Below are positions 11,508 through 20,953 of a stretch of DNA of 64,000 bases, in pieces (the stretch's first letter is position 1; each line of letters begins with the position of its first letter). The notes beneath the pieces are model-generated. The model was not told the origin of the DNA. It did no database searches and was given only the letters and a program-made list of their open reading frames with translations. The stretch covers positions 65,675 to 129,674 of the forward strand of contig CAVPMW010000011.1 of NCBI GenBank assembly GCA_963706515.1, written 5' to 3'. This DNA is from an uncultured Chloroflexia bacterium. Its GTDB lineage: Bacteria > Chloroflexota > Anaerolineae > Anaerolineales > UBA4823. Both the position numbers and the translations under genes were made by a program.

Positions 11508-13163
11508 ATGGCGAAAGCAAACATCCTGGCAATTGACGATGATCGCAATGTGCTCAACGCAGTAGAGCGCGACCTGCGCCAGAAATACGGGCGCGATTAT
11601 CGCATCATCAAGGCGGAGGCGGGAGGAATAGCCCTGGAGGTGATCGCACAGCTCAAAGAGCGCAATGAGACGGTTGCGCTCTTCGTCGTAGACCAACGCA
11701 TGCCGGAGATGAACGGGGTGCAGTTCCTCGAGCAGGCGGTGCAGCTGTTCCCCGATGCCCGCAAAGTCTTGCTCACTGCCTACGCCGATACCGAAGCCGC
11801 GATCAGCGCCATCAACAAAGTTGGACTGGACTACTACCTGATGAAGCCCTGGGATCCTCCGGAGGAGCATTTTTATCCGGTCCTGGATGGCTTGATCGAA
11901 GAGTGGCATCGCAATGTGCGCCTGCCGTTCGAAGGCATTCGTGTGGTGGGCACTCTCTGGTCGCCCTTGTGCCATGACATCAAGGATTTCCTGGCGCGCA
12001 ACACAATTCCCTACCTGTGGCTGGATGTCGAACGCGATGAGGAAGCGCGCAGCCTGCTCCAATCCGCCTCAGGGGAGGAGCCGAAGATTCCAGCGGTGTT
12101 TTTCCCGGATGGCAGCCACTTATTCGCGCCGACCATCCAGCAGGTAGCGGAAAAGGCCGGGTTGCGCACCCGGGCAGAAATGCCGTTTTACGATGTCGTC
12201 ATCATCGGCGGCGGTCCGGCAGGGCTCTCCGCAGCTGTGTATGCCAGCGCTGATGGGCTCAAAGTGCTCTTGATCGAACGCCAGGCCCCCGGGGGGCAAG
12301 CCGGCAACAGTCCAAAGATCGAGAACTTCTTGGGCTTTCCCAGCGGGATTTCGGGAAGCGAGCTGACTCGCCGGGCAGTGACCCAGGCGCAGCGCTTTGG
12401 CGCTGAAATTTTGACGACCCAGACAATCAGCAGGGTCATTTCTGCTGGCAACACGAAAACGGTGACTTTTGCCGACGGCTCTGAAGTCTCAGCCAAGATC
12501 GTGCTCATCGCGACCGGGGCGTGGTTCCGCACTTTGGACCTTCCAGGCAGCGAGCGCTGGCAGGGCGCAGGGATTTATTATGGCGCAGCGCATACCGAAG
12601 CTGCCAATTACCGGGATCAAGACGTAATCGTCATCGGAGGGGCAAACTCGGCTGCGCAAGCGATGCTCTTCCTGAGCAAATACGCGCATAAGGTGACCGT
12701 GCTGATTCGCGGCTCGGACCCGGACTGGTCGCAATACCTGGACCAGGCTATTCGCAGCAACGAGAAGATCGAGCTGAGGTTCAATACCGAGCTGGTCGAG
12801 ATCCACGGTGAAGACACGATCCAGGAGGTCGTCATCCGGGACCGGAAGGACAATTCTCGCCAAAATCTGCCCGCCGCGGCCATTTTTGTGTTCATCGGAC
12901 AAAAACCGCAGAGCGATTTTGTGGCTGACCTGGTTTTGCGCACTCCGAGCGGTCATATCCTCACCGGGCTTGACCTGGTCCAGGATGGCAAACGCCCGCC
13001 GGGCTGGGATTTGAACCGCGATCCTTTGATGTTAGAGACGAGCGTTCCTGGGATCTTCGCCGCAGGCGATGTGCGCAATGGGACGAAACACGGCGTGGCA
13101 GCCGCCAGCGGAGATGGCGACGCTGCGGTATCCCTCTTCTGGCAGTATCTTTCGACGATCTAG
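11508..13163 (+). CDS. fused response regulator / glutaredoxin-like / thioredoxin-reductase-like FAD-dependent oxidoreductase
   Basis: Intact 551-aa ORF. It has a receiver (ILAIDDDRNV...VVDQRMPEMNG...MKP), a Grx-like segment (WSPLCHDIKDFLARNTIPYLWLDVERDEEA), an FAD GxGxxG motif (VVIIGGGPAGLSAA), an NAD(P) motif (VIVIGGANSAAQ) and a C-terminal GIFAAGDV. Confidence 0.9.
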   Translation: MAKANILAIDDDRNVLNAVERDLRQKYGRDYRIIKAEAGGIALEVIAQLKERNETVALFVVDQRMPEMNGVQFLEQAVQLFPDARKVLLTAYADTEAAISAINKVGLDYYLMKPWDPPEEHFYPVLDGLIEEWHRNVRLPFEGIRVVGTLWSPLCHDIKDFLARNTIPYLWLDVERDEEARSLLQSASGEEPKIPAVFFPDGSHLFAPTIQQVAEKAGLRTRAEMPFYDVVIIGGGPAGLSAAVYASADGLKVLLIERQAPGGQAGNSPKIENFLGFPSGISGSELTRRAVTQAQRFGAEILTTQTISRVISAGNTKTVTFADGSEVSAKIVLIATGAWFRTLDLPGSERWQGAGIYYGAAHTEAANYRDQDVIVIGGANSAAQAMLFLSKYAHKVTVLIRGSDPDWSQYLDQAIRSNEKIELRFNTELVEIHGEDTIQEVVIRDRKDNSRQNLPAAAIFVFIGQKPQSDFVADLVLRTPSGHILTGLDLVQDGKRPPGWDLNRDPLMLETSVPGIFAAGDVRNGTKHGVAAASGDGDAAVSLFWQYLSTI

Positions 13164-13185
13164 CACGCGCGACTGTACGGAAACT

Positions 13186-13215
13186 GTAGGGGGCGACTCA
13201 TGAGTCGCCCCCTAC
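13186..13215. terminator. bidirectional stem-loop terminator between convergent genes
   Basis: gtagggggcgact CATG agtcgccccctac, a 13-bp perfect stem, lies between the stop at 13163 (+) and the stop at 13217 (-). Confidence 0.7.
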
Positions 13216-13216
13216 C

Positions 13217-14634
13217 TCACCACACGCCTTGCGCCCTCAGTTCCTCCATCGCGGCTTTATGGATCTCGATCAGTTGGGTGATGTCCTCGTCGGTGTGCGC
13301 GGTGCTCATGAACCCGTGATTCGGCGCTACGTGCAGCCCGTTCTTGCGGTACAGCAGCCTCAAGCCAGGGCTGGCGAACCGGTCACCCTGGCGCACATCC
13401 CGGACGCTGTTGACCGGTCCACGCGAGGTGTGCATCCAAAACATGGAGCCAACGCCCGTTGCGATCGCCGGATAGTCCCCTTCCTGGGCGAACCGGTTGA
13501 TCTCGGTCCGAAAGCGGTCACCCATCGCGTTCAAGCGTGCATACAGTTGCGGTTCTTTGCTGAGCCGCCGCAAGACAGCGGTCCCGGCTGCAGCAACCAG
13601 TGGGTTGCCGTTGAATGTCCCTGCCATGAGGATAGACACCCGGCTCAACATCGTATTCCATCAGGCGCATCGCCTCGGCAGTTCCGCCCACCGCCCCAAA
13701 TGGAAGACCGCCTCCTGCGATCTTGCCGTAGGTACTCACCTCCGGTGTAACCCCGTAGAGCTCCTGAGCCCCGCCCGGCGCCAAACGGAAGCCGGTTATC
13801 ACTTCATCAAATATCAGGAAGGCGCCGATCTCGCGTGTGACTCTGCGCAGCTCGGATAGGAATTCCCTGTCCAGCTGGGATCGTGCCCGCCGCGCCCTGC
13901 ACGGGCTCGATAATTACGCCCGCCAGCCGGGATGCATAACGTCTGATCTTGTCGAACGCCGCCGGGTGGTTGAAGGGCAATACAATGGTGTCCTTCCATG
14001 CTCCTTCGGCAAGCCCAGGGCTCTCTGGGATTGCGGTTGGATCCTCGACTGGACCAAACAGGTCGGGAGTCGGGCTCGGCCGGCCGAAGCTGACTGCCAG
14101 CAGATCATGCGTTCCGTGATATCCCCCCTCGAATTTTGCAATCAGGGGTCGCCCCACCGTGGCTCGCGCCAGCCGCAGCGCGTACATGGTCGCCTCGGTC
14201 CCCGAGTTGCAGAAGGTCACCTTGTCCACGCCTGGCACCATGTCGCAAAACAGCTTCGCAAACGCATACTCATGCTCGTGGCATTGTCCGAATGAGGTCC
14301 CGCGCGGCAAAGCTTCCCTTAGCGCTGCTTCGACCTCCTCCGGTGCGTTCCCGAGGATCATGGTCGAGAAGCCGAGCATGCAGTCCAGGTATTCATTGTC
14401 ATCCGCGTCCCACATCCTGGCGCCTTTCGCCCGCTTAACCACCATGGGAAAAGGATCCGCCAGCCGGAACACGCTGCCTACACCCGCCGGCATGACCGTG
14501 CGGTTTTCTTGCCAGATCGATAGTGACTTTGGACTCTTTGCCATGATCTCGTCGCGGTACGTGTTCAGAATCCGTGCGATTCTTTCCCGGTCATCCATTG
14601 CATACCCTCCTGACAGCGATCGATCTTCCTTCAC
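13217..14634 (-). pseudogene. class III (GSA-aminomutase-like) PLP aminotransferase, at least 2 frameshifts
   Basis: Fragments 13807..14634, 13518..13802 and 13217..13651 join into one protein ([86 protein letters not shown]). An alternative start is ATG 14598, preceded by AGGAGG. Confidence 0.85.
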
Positions 14635-14644
14635 CGGCTATCCA

Positions 14645-14739
14645 TTAAGTACAGTCACAATACTTTTGAGCGATGGCGCATCGATATCAATGTTGGAAAA
14701 TACCTTAACATCCAACAGAATTTATGTGACTGTACTTAA
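14645..14739. mobile_element. 95-bp MITE-like element: perfect 15-bp terminal inverted repeats flanked by a TCCA direct duplication
   Basis: TTAAGTACAGTCACA at 14645-14659 and TGTGACTGTACTTAA at 14725-14739 are exact reverse complements. tcca lies immediately outside both ends (14641-14644 and 14740-14743). Confidence 0.45.
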
Positions 14740-15544
14740 TCCAGCCCACACCCGCTCTCGATCAGCTCCACCACTTGCGCGTAAAACGGGCTGCCGGAGC
14801 CCCGTCGATCACGTCGTGGTCGAATATGATTGTCAGGTTGAGGATCTCGCGCGGCTCGATCCGGTCCTCCACTTCGGCCGGCTTCCAGGCTGTACCCCCC
14901 ACGACCAGGTCGAGCACGTGGGTACCGGCAGAGATCCCCCAGCCGCCATGGCCCTTGCCAAACATCCCTACCGAGGAAATTCCAACCGTGCCTGCCATGG
15001 ACGTGACGATCGTCGGATCGCGGCGTATGGCCATAACGGGGCTAAAGCCCTGAACAACCTGGACAGCGGCCATGGTAGCAAGCAGGACGGACTGGAACCA
15101 GGAGGCATGTATCGGCGCTCGCTGGCACCCGGTTGGACTGTACCGAGCGGATCTCCTGGTGGATCTGCTGGTAGGTCTTGTGGTTGGCGCCTCGGATGAC
15201 ATGCGCCGTCAGGACGCGCTTTTCTCCGACCTTGTGTTCGACCATGAACCCGACGTCCACGTCGTCAAACACGACGAGCTGTTTGCTGCCTTTCCGGTAG
15301 GCCTGGACCGTCTTGTCTTCGTCCACCGCACGCGCCAGGCAGGAGATCAGGTAACCGGTGAAGGACAGCTGCTCTCCGGTTTTTGCTTTGTAGCTCGTCG
15401 ATGAACTGCCTGGGGACCGTTACGTCCACCTCCAGCAAGGCCGTACATGCATGTGCCGTCCCTGACTAGGTCGAGGAAGTCAGGCATGACGCGGCGCTCC
15501 GGCGGGAAATCGACGACATGATAGGGTAATATTTTCGTATTCAT
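14736..15544 (-). pseudogene. 2-oxoacid dehydrogenase E2-type acyltransferase, catalytic domain only, several frameshifts
   Basis: Fragments 15347..15544, 15042..15326 and 14762..15202 carry LTIIFDHDVIDGAPAARF (the DHRxxDG-type catalytic motif). The C-terminus appears to continue after one more shift as AQVVELIESGCGLD, ending at TAA 14738-14736. No lipoyl or E3-binding domain is present. Confidence 0.7.
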
Positions 15545-17103
15545 AGGTTGGTTTCCTCCTGCTGGATATTTGAGCCTGGGGGTTTTCGCAGGCTCTGAGG
15601 ATCAGCCCGGTGCGCAGGAATGCCCATATCCCGGCAAAGCCGCCGCATATCCGGGCGATCCAGGCAAGGTCGGGCATTAAGAGGTGCAGAAAACGGAGCA
15701 GGCCGCTGGACTGCAGATATACCAGGATAGCCGCGAGCGACAGGTTTGGGATCAGCGGGAGCAGGATATGCTGCCCCCATATGCGTCCGCCGCTCGGGCG
15801 AAGCTGCCGGGTCCGCTCGCCAGCGGCGCAGCATGCCGCAGGGTGGCGAGGACACCCGCGATCTGGAGAAGCGGGATCAGCGGCAAGGAGCGCATGATCC
15901 ACTGGATGAAGTCCAGCCGGATCGGAGCGGGCTGCTGACCGGCGAGCAGGGCGGTCACACCCATCCCAACCTCCTCCGTGATGAGGGGCAATCCATACGG
16001 GTCGGCGTTGAGGAGCAGGACCACGCCTTTCTTCTGCTCTGGAAGGAGCGCCATAAAGGCAGAAAAGTCGGGAACATTGCCGCCGTGGGAGAAGGTTTTC
16101 GTTTGGCCGATGTCGATGTCGAACCAGCCCATGCCATACTTCCCACCGAGATGCCCACATCACAAATTCCGTCACCCCACGGTGCAGCTCGTCGATGCCC
16201 GCCGCCGAGAGGATTTGCACATCCCCGTAGCGCCCCCCGTTGAGATGGGCGATCAGGTAGTGCGCCATGTCTTCCGCGCTGGAGATGAGCTGGCCGGATG
16301 GAAGCGAACCGCGCGGGACGGGCAGATCCGGCGCCGGGAAGGGCAGGCTGAACCAGTGGCGGTGACCCATCGCCAGGCCATTCTGTTTTGCCTCTGCCTT
16401 GAAGTATAGCTGTGGCTCATTTCCAGCGGGTCGAAGATATGGTTTTGAATGTAGTCTGCGTACGATTCACCGCTGGCGGCCTCGATGATCAGCCCCAGGA
16501 TGTTGTAATTCAGGTTGCTGTACTCGCACTTCGAGCCGACCGGACGGGTGAGCTTGAGGGTGGACAGGGCCCGCACCTGGCGCTCGGTGGCATCCGGGCG
16601 ATCGTCGAAATCAGCCAGAGCGATCATCCCTGGCAGCATGCGGCAGGCCGCTGGTCTGGTTGAGCAGGTGGCGCACGGTCATCTGGGCAGACGCCTCGGG
16701 ATCCGCCACCCGGAACCAGGGCAGGTAGCGCTGGACCGGGGCATCCAGCTCGATCTTGCCGGCTTCGACCAGCTGCATCACCGCCAGGGCGGTGATCGAC
16801 TTGGTGAGCGAGCCGATAAAGAAGGGCGTCTGGGGGGTGGGCGCTTCACCGCCGGGGCGGGCCTGGCCAAAGCCGCGCAGGTGCACGATCTGGTCGCCCT
16901 CGACGATGGCGAGAGATACGCCGGGGATGTTCAGGCGACGCATTTGCTCTTCGACGTAAGCGTCGATCGCATCATAGGAGGTCGCTCTTGGAGACCGGTT
17001 TTGCCGACGCAGGCTTAGCGGTATGCTCGAGTAAATAGCCGGTAGATGACCGCCAGCAGGGAGCAAACCAGCAGCGATGGGAACAGAAATTTTTTTATGT
17101 TCA
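15480..17103 (-). pseudogene. serine hydrolase / beta-lactamase-family (class C / PBP4*-like) protein with C-terminal membrane segment, several frameshifts
   Basis: The signal peptide VNIKKFLFPSLLVCSLLAVIY starts at GTG 17103. The SxxK motif occurs in FFIGSLTKSITALAVMQL, followed by YSNLNYNILGLIIE. Fragments 16611.., 16253.., 15752.. and 15480.. lie in different frames. Confidence 0.75.
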
Positions 17104-17173
17104 CGGTTGTAGCTCTTTGACAGGTAGCGAACGATCCTCATCCATACTTTCCATCTCATGCCGCAGCGCCTGT

Positions 17174-18004
17174 TCAAGCTTCCGGGAATCGAAATCGGTA
17201 GCCTGCGGCAAGCAGTTTGGCCGGTTGGATGCGCCGGCTGGCCAGGATGAACTCCTCGCCCATCTCACCCATCACCAGGCGCACCAGAAAAGCGGGCATG
17301 GTGCCTCCCGATTTTTGTCCCCAAAGCCTGGTCGAGACTTTGGCAAACTCGGCGTTGCGCAGCGGGTTGGGACTGACGGCGTTGACCGGTCCGATCAGGG
17401 TCTCGGTTGTCAGGGCAAACTCAATGATCGAAGCCAGCTCGTCCCGCCCGACCCAACTCGCCCACTGCTGCCCATCTCCGGCCTGAAAACCCACTCGCTG
17501 CAAGGCGGCTCCGCCCAGGACCGGCGGGATGCGCAGGTGCACAACCCGGATTCCGGCTTCGCTTGCCGGGGCGGTGGCTGCCTCGCCATCCTGTTGAAGC
17601 CTGGCAAGAAAACTCGTTCCGGCGGGGCTGTCCTCGGTCAGAACCGTGTCACCAGAGGAAGGGTAGTACCCCATCCCTGATGCACAGATGAGCACCTGGG
17701 GTTTGTGTGCGCATCCAGCCAGCGACTCGGCCAGCAGGCGGTTCGTCGCCAAACGATTGGCGCGTATCTTTTGTTTGGCTTTGGCCGTCCAGCGCATCGG
17801 CCAGGGCATGGTGGCCAGATGGACGACACCGTCGAAGCCATCCAGACCGGCAGTGTCAATTTCACCGGCGTCAGGGTTCCACCAGACTTCGCCAGGACCG
17901 GGTGTCTGCCTGACCAGGCGAACGACTTCGTAACCACATTCGATCAAGTGGCGGGTCACGGCTGACCCAATCATCCCATTCGAACCAGCGATTAGAATTT
18001 TCAT
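17174..18004 (-). CDS. TIGR01777/YfcH-type epimerase-like SDR (DUF1731 C-terminus)
   Basis: ORF 17174..18019; the preferred start is ATG 18004 with AAGGAG 7 nt upstream. MKILIAGSNGMIGSAV is the Rossmann motif, and the C-terminus is ILASRRIQPAKLLAAGYRFRFPE. Confidence 0.85.
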   Translation of the reverse strand: MKILIAGSNGMIGSAVTRHLIECGYEVVRLVRQTPGPGEVWWNPDAGEIDTAGLDGFDGVVHLATMPWPMRWTAKAKQKIRANRLATNRLLAESLAGCAHKPQVLICASGMGYYPSSGDTVLTEDSPAGTSFLARLQQDGEAATAPASEAGIRVVHLRIPPVLGGAALQRVGFQAGDGQQWASWVGRDELASIIEFALTTETLIGPVNAVSPNPLRNAEFAKVSTRLWGQKSGGTMPAFLVRLVMGEMGEEFILASRRIQPAKLLAAGYRFRFPEA

Positions 18005-18052
18005 GGTTTTCTCCTTCATCTGAGATCTGAATACGGTGACAACATTGGCGGA

Positions 18053-18496
18053 TCAGCACAGCTGGACGCGGATCATCACCGCAGTCTGCGCAGCTTTCTC
18101 CACCTCTTCTGCTCTTGGGATTCCGTTGTCGTCGAAGGTGACGCCGTAATACTTGGCGTCGCTCGGCACCTTGCGCAGATGCGCTGCCAGCCCGGCTGCA
18201 ACGGCTTGCTTATCCTCGGCGACCGGTTCTGCCACTCCCTGGAGCTCCCGCCCCCGGATGCGCAGCGTGACCGGCGCGCCGCCGCGCAGGTTTTTCCACC
18301 AGTCTGCATGGGTAAAAACGGTCACCTGATCGCCGTCTTGAGAGTAGTCGACCGGGGTCGTGTAGGTCTTGCCGCTCTTGCGCCCGGTGAAGGTGATCAG
18401 CAGGACGGTTTTGCTGACCATCCCGTGCACAGGCGAGCGCAGCACGAATTTCATGGCAGAATTGACGTATGGAGGGACAGTGGGTGTTTCGGACAT
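18053..18496 (-). CDS. deazaflavin (F420H2)-dependent nitroreductase-family protein (DUF385-like)
   Basis: ORF 18053..18496. ...VLLITFTGRKSGKTYTTPVDYSQDGDQVTVFTHADWWKNLRGGAPVTLRIRG fits the DUF385/Ddn-like pattern. Confidence 0.7.
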   Translation of the reverse strand: MSETPTVPPYVNSAMKFVLRSPVHGMVSKTVLLITFTGRKSGKTYTTPVDYSQDGDQVTVFTHADWWKNLRGGAPVTLRIRGRELQGVAEPVAEDKQAVAAGLAAHLRKVPSDAKYYGVTFDDNGIPRAEEVEKAAQTAVMIRVQLC

Positions 18497-18573
18497 TTCA
18501 ACCTCTTTCGTTATGTAGAATTGAATTACGAATAACAGTCAAACCATCCTCGCGAGTAAATTGCATGCACGGA

Positions 18574-19425
18574 TCAAGCGCAGCCCGGATTCGTTTCGCT
18601 CAAAAAGGGTTTGACTAACTGGATTACTTCAGTGAGCCGCTCCTCTTGCGGATTATGACCGGAGCGCTCGATAATTTCCAGGCGTGCGTTTGGGATTCCA
18701 GCCGCAAGCATCGCCTGATGTTCCGGCGGAAATAGAAAGTCCTGGCGCCCTGCCAAAACCAGGGTAGGCGCCTGGATCTCGCAGAGCCGGTCCATCACCG
18801 TCCAGCCATGGAGCAGCTGGCTGTAACCGAAGATGGTGGCTTCGGGATGCATCTTCACCCGTGGCCCGAACACCATTTCGCGGGCAAGCCCCAAAAGGTT
18901 GAGGCGGTAGTAGTACGCAGTCATGAACCTCAAAAAGTTGGTATAGAACTCTCGGGGTGTCATCTGACCGCTGTAGAAACGGCGAGCCGCCCGCACGGCG
19001 CCGGCGCTGTAGCCGCGTTTCGCCACGATCTCCGGTGCATTGTGCTCCACCCACCATTGGTCGCCGCCGGTATCCATCAATACCAGGCGCGTAAGACTCT
19101 GCGGATACCGGAGCGCATACTCCAGGGCTACGTTCCCGCCAAAGGAATGCCCCAGCACCGCCCACTTGTCGAACCCTAGCGTCTGGCGCAGCGCATCTGC
19201 ATCCGCGGTAAGGTTTTCGAACGTCATGGAGCAGACATCCGCCCACTCCGAGCGACCGTTACAGCGATGGTCATAAAAGATCAGGGTGAATTGATCCGCT
19301 AAAGGCTGTAACCGCAGCAAGGTCGTATGGTCCAGGCCAGGCCCGCCGTGCATGAGCAACAGCGGATATCCCTGTCCGATGACTTTCACGAAGAGGGACA
19401 CATCCCGAATTGGCATGGTTGTCAT
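18574..19425 (-). CDS. alpha/beta hydrolase (proline iminopeptidase-like)
   Basis: Intact 283-aa ORF. It has HGGPG, the nucleophile elbow LGHSFGG and a C-terminal SGHNP. Confidence 0.85.
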   Translation of the reverse strand: MTTMPIRDVSLFVKVIGQGYPLLLMHGGPGLDHTTLLRLQPLADQFTLIFYDHRCNGRSEWADVCSMTFENLTADADALRQTLGFDKWAVLGHSFGGNVALEYALRYPQSLTRLVLMDTGGDQWWVEHNAPEIVAKRGYSAGAVRAARRFYSGQMTPREFYTNFLRFMTAYYYRLNLLGLAREMVFGPRVKMHPEATIFGYSQLLHGWTVMDRLCEIQAPTLVLAGRQDFLFPPEHQAMLAAGIPNARLEIIERSGHNPQEERLTEVIQLVKPFLSETNPGCA

Positions 19426-19843
19426 GAGCTTCTCTCCATCAAATAGCCCACAAAGCTGCTCCGAACTATTGATCCTTCGGAATTATGCCCAGGGAAACCG
19501 CATTATCTAAAGTGGGGGATGTCAAACGTTGGCAGGCACAAAAACATAGGTCATTTTAGTGAGGAGGTGATGATTACCAAGATAATAGATCAAGATCAAC
19601 GCCGGTACAAGTGCTGAATATCATATTGCTGAGAGGACTTTGTGCCACACGGGGCGAAGCGCCCTCCAGGGCCCATTCACCTGGAGCATCCTTGAGACTT
19701 GAAGGCACTAAAAGAGGCAGTGCCCGTACCCTCGCACATTGACGAAGTCATGGATTCCTGGATCATCCTGCATCGTAGGATTACAACAAAAATATGCCCG
19801 TCCCTGCAGCTTTGACGCAAGCTGTCCACCTGGATCGGGAATC

Positions 19844-19903
19844 TAAGTATCTATCCGAAAATGGATGAAAATCGCCGATTTTGTGGTGGTGCAGCTTCGC
19901 CGC
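19844..19903 (+). repeat. second, decayed copy of the 11375-11451 repeat element
   Basis: taagtatctatccgaaaatggatgaaaatcgccgattttgtggtggtgcagcttcgccgcc aligns with the 11375 copy. The right arm of the hairpin is lost. Confidence 0.7.
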
Positions 19904-20016
19904 CTATCGTTGGGTAAAATAGTATAAATCTTACCAACCCTAACAATTTTGACGCAAGCTGTTCACCCGTAGTCTGTAATCTAAAATTGTGAATTCAATC
20001 TACTAATGGAGAAACA

Positions 20017-20823
20017 ATGACTGCCTTTATTTGTATTACCTGCGGAGTTCAACATGCCGAATCAGATGCGCCGCCCGAGCATTGTCCCATTTGCGAGGAC
20101 GAAAGACAGTACATCGGCCACAACGGCCAGCGCTGGACGACCCCGGGAGAATTACAGAAAGGTCACCACAACCGGATCGAAGAGGTGGATGCCAATCTGA
20201 CGGGTATCGGCAGCGTCCCTGGCTTTGCGATCGGTCAACGCGCCCTGCTCGTCCGCACGCCCAATGGCAACGTGTTATGGGACTGCATCAGCCTGCTCGA
20301 TGACGCCACGCTCGAGGCGGTCCGCGCCCGCGGCGGGATCAGCGCGATTGCCGTCTCGCATCCGCATTTGGTTGGGTCCGTAGTGGATTGGAGCCGCGCT
20401 TTCGCTGATGCCCCCATCTACTGGCACGCGGATAATCGCCAATGGGTGATGCGACCCGGCTCCCGCTATGTGTTCTGGGAGGGCGAGCAGCAGCCCCTGA
20501 TGGAGGGGATCACCCTGATCCGCTGCGGCGGTCACTTCAAAGGTTCGACGGCACTGCATTGGTCACAGGGCGCAGACGGCAAGGGAGCATTGTTGACCGG
20601 CGATACCCTGCAAGTTGCCCAGGACAGGCGTTACGTGAGCTTTATGTACAGCTATCCCAACATGATCCCGTTGAACCGGCGCGCCGTCGAAAGCATCGTC
20701 AATGCGGTCGAGCCTTTTGAATTTGACCGCATCTACGGCGGCTGGTGGGATTATCTCGTGGCGCCCGATGCGAAATCCGCGGTGAAGCGATCCGCAGAGA
20801 GGTATATCCGGGCGATAGAATGA
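20017..20823 (+). CDS. MBL-fold metallo-hydrolase with N-terminal Cys-rich (CxxC...CxxC) knuckle
   Basis: Intact 268-aa ORF. It contains MTAFICITCGVQHAESDAPPEHCPICEDERQY and AVSHPH. Confidence 0.75.
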   Translation: MTAFICITCGVQHAESDAPPEHCPICEDERQYIGHNGQRWTTPGELQKGHHNRIEEVDANLTGIGSVPGFAIGQRALLVRTPNGNVLWDCISLLDDATLEAVRARGGISAIAVSHPHLVGSVVDWSRAFADAPIYWHADNRQWVMRPGSRYVFWEGEQQPLMEGITLIRCGGHFKGSTALHWSQGADGKGALLTGDTLQVAQDRRYVSFMYSYPNMIPLNRRAVESIVNAVEPFEFDRIYGGWWDYLVAPDAKSAVKRSAERYIRAIE

Positions 20824-20953
20824 CTGACGGATTAGATATAATACTTCCCAGCTGCAGAGCTCAAGAGGCTAAATTGCACAGATAATTGATTAGAGATGTG
20901 CCTGACCTTGGTTGAAATAGTGTGTTTTATAATATCCGCAGCAGGAGGCCGAC

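Noticed and set aside
17104-17177. N-terminal extension of the beta-lactamase-like ORF (MNRRCGMRWKVWMRIV...).
   Set aside because: A proper signal peptide (VNIKKFLFPSLLVCSLLAVIY) starts at GTG 17103 in the adjacent frame. The extension overlaps the upstream gene end and is not protein-like.
19570-19617. 15-codon micro-ORF (MITKIIDQDQRRYKC) after GAGGAGG in the long intergenic region.
   Set aside because: The Shine-Dalgarno sequence is only 2 nt from the ATG. No conservation evidence is available.
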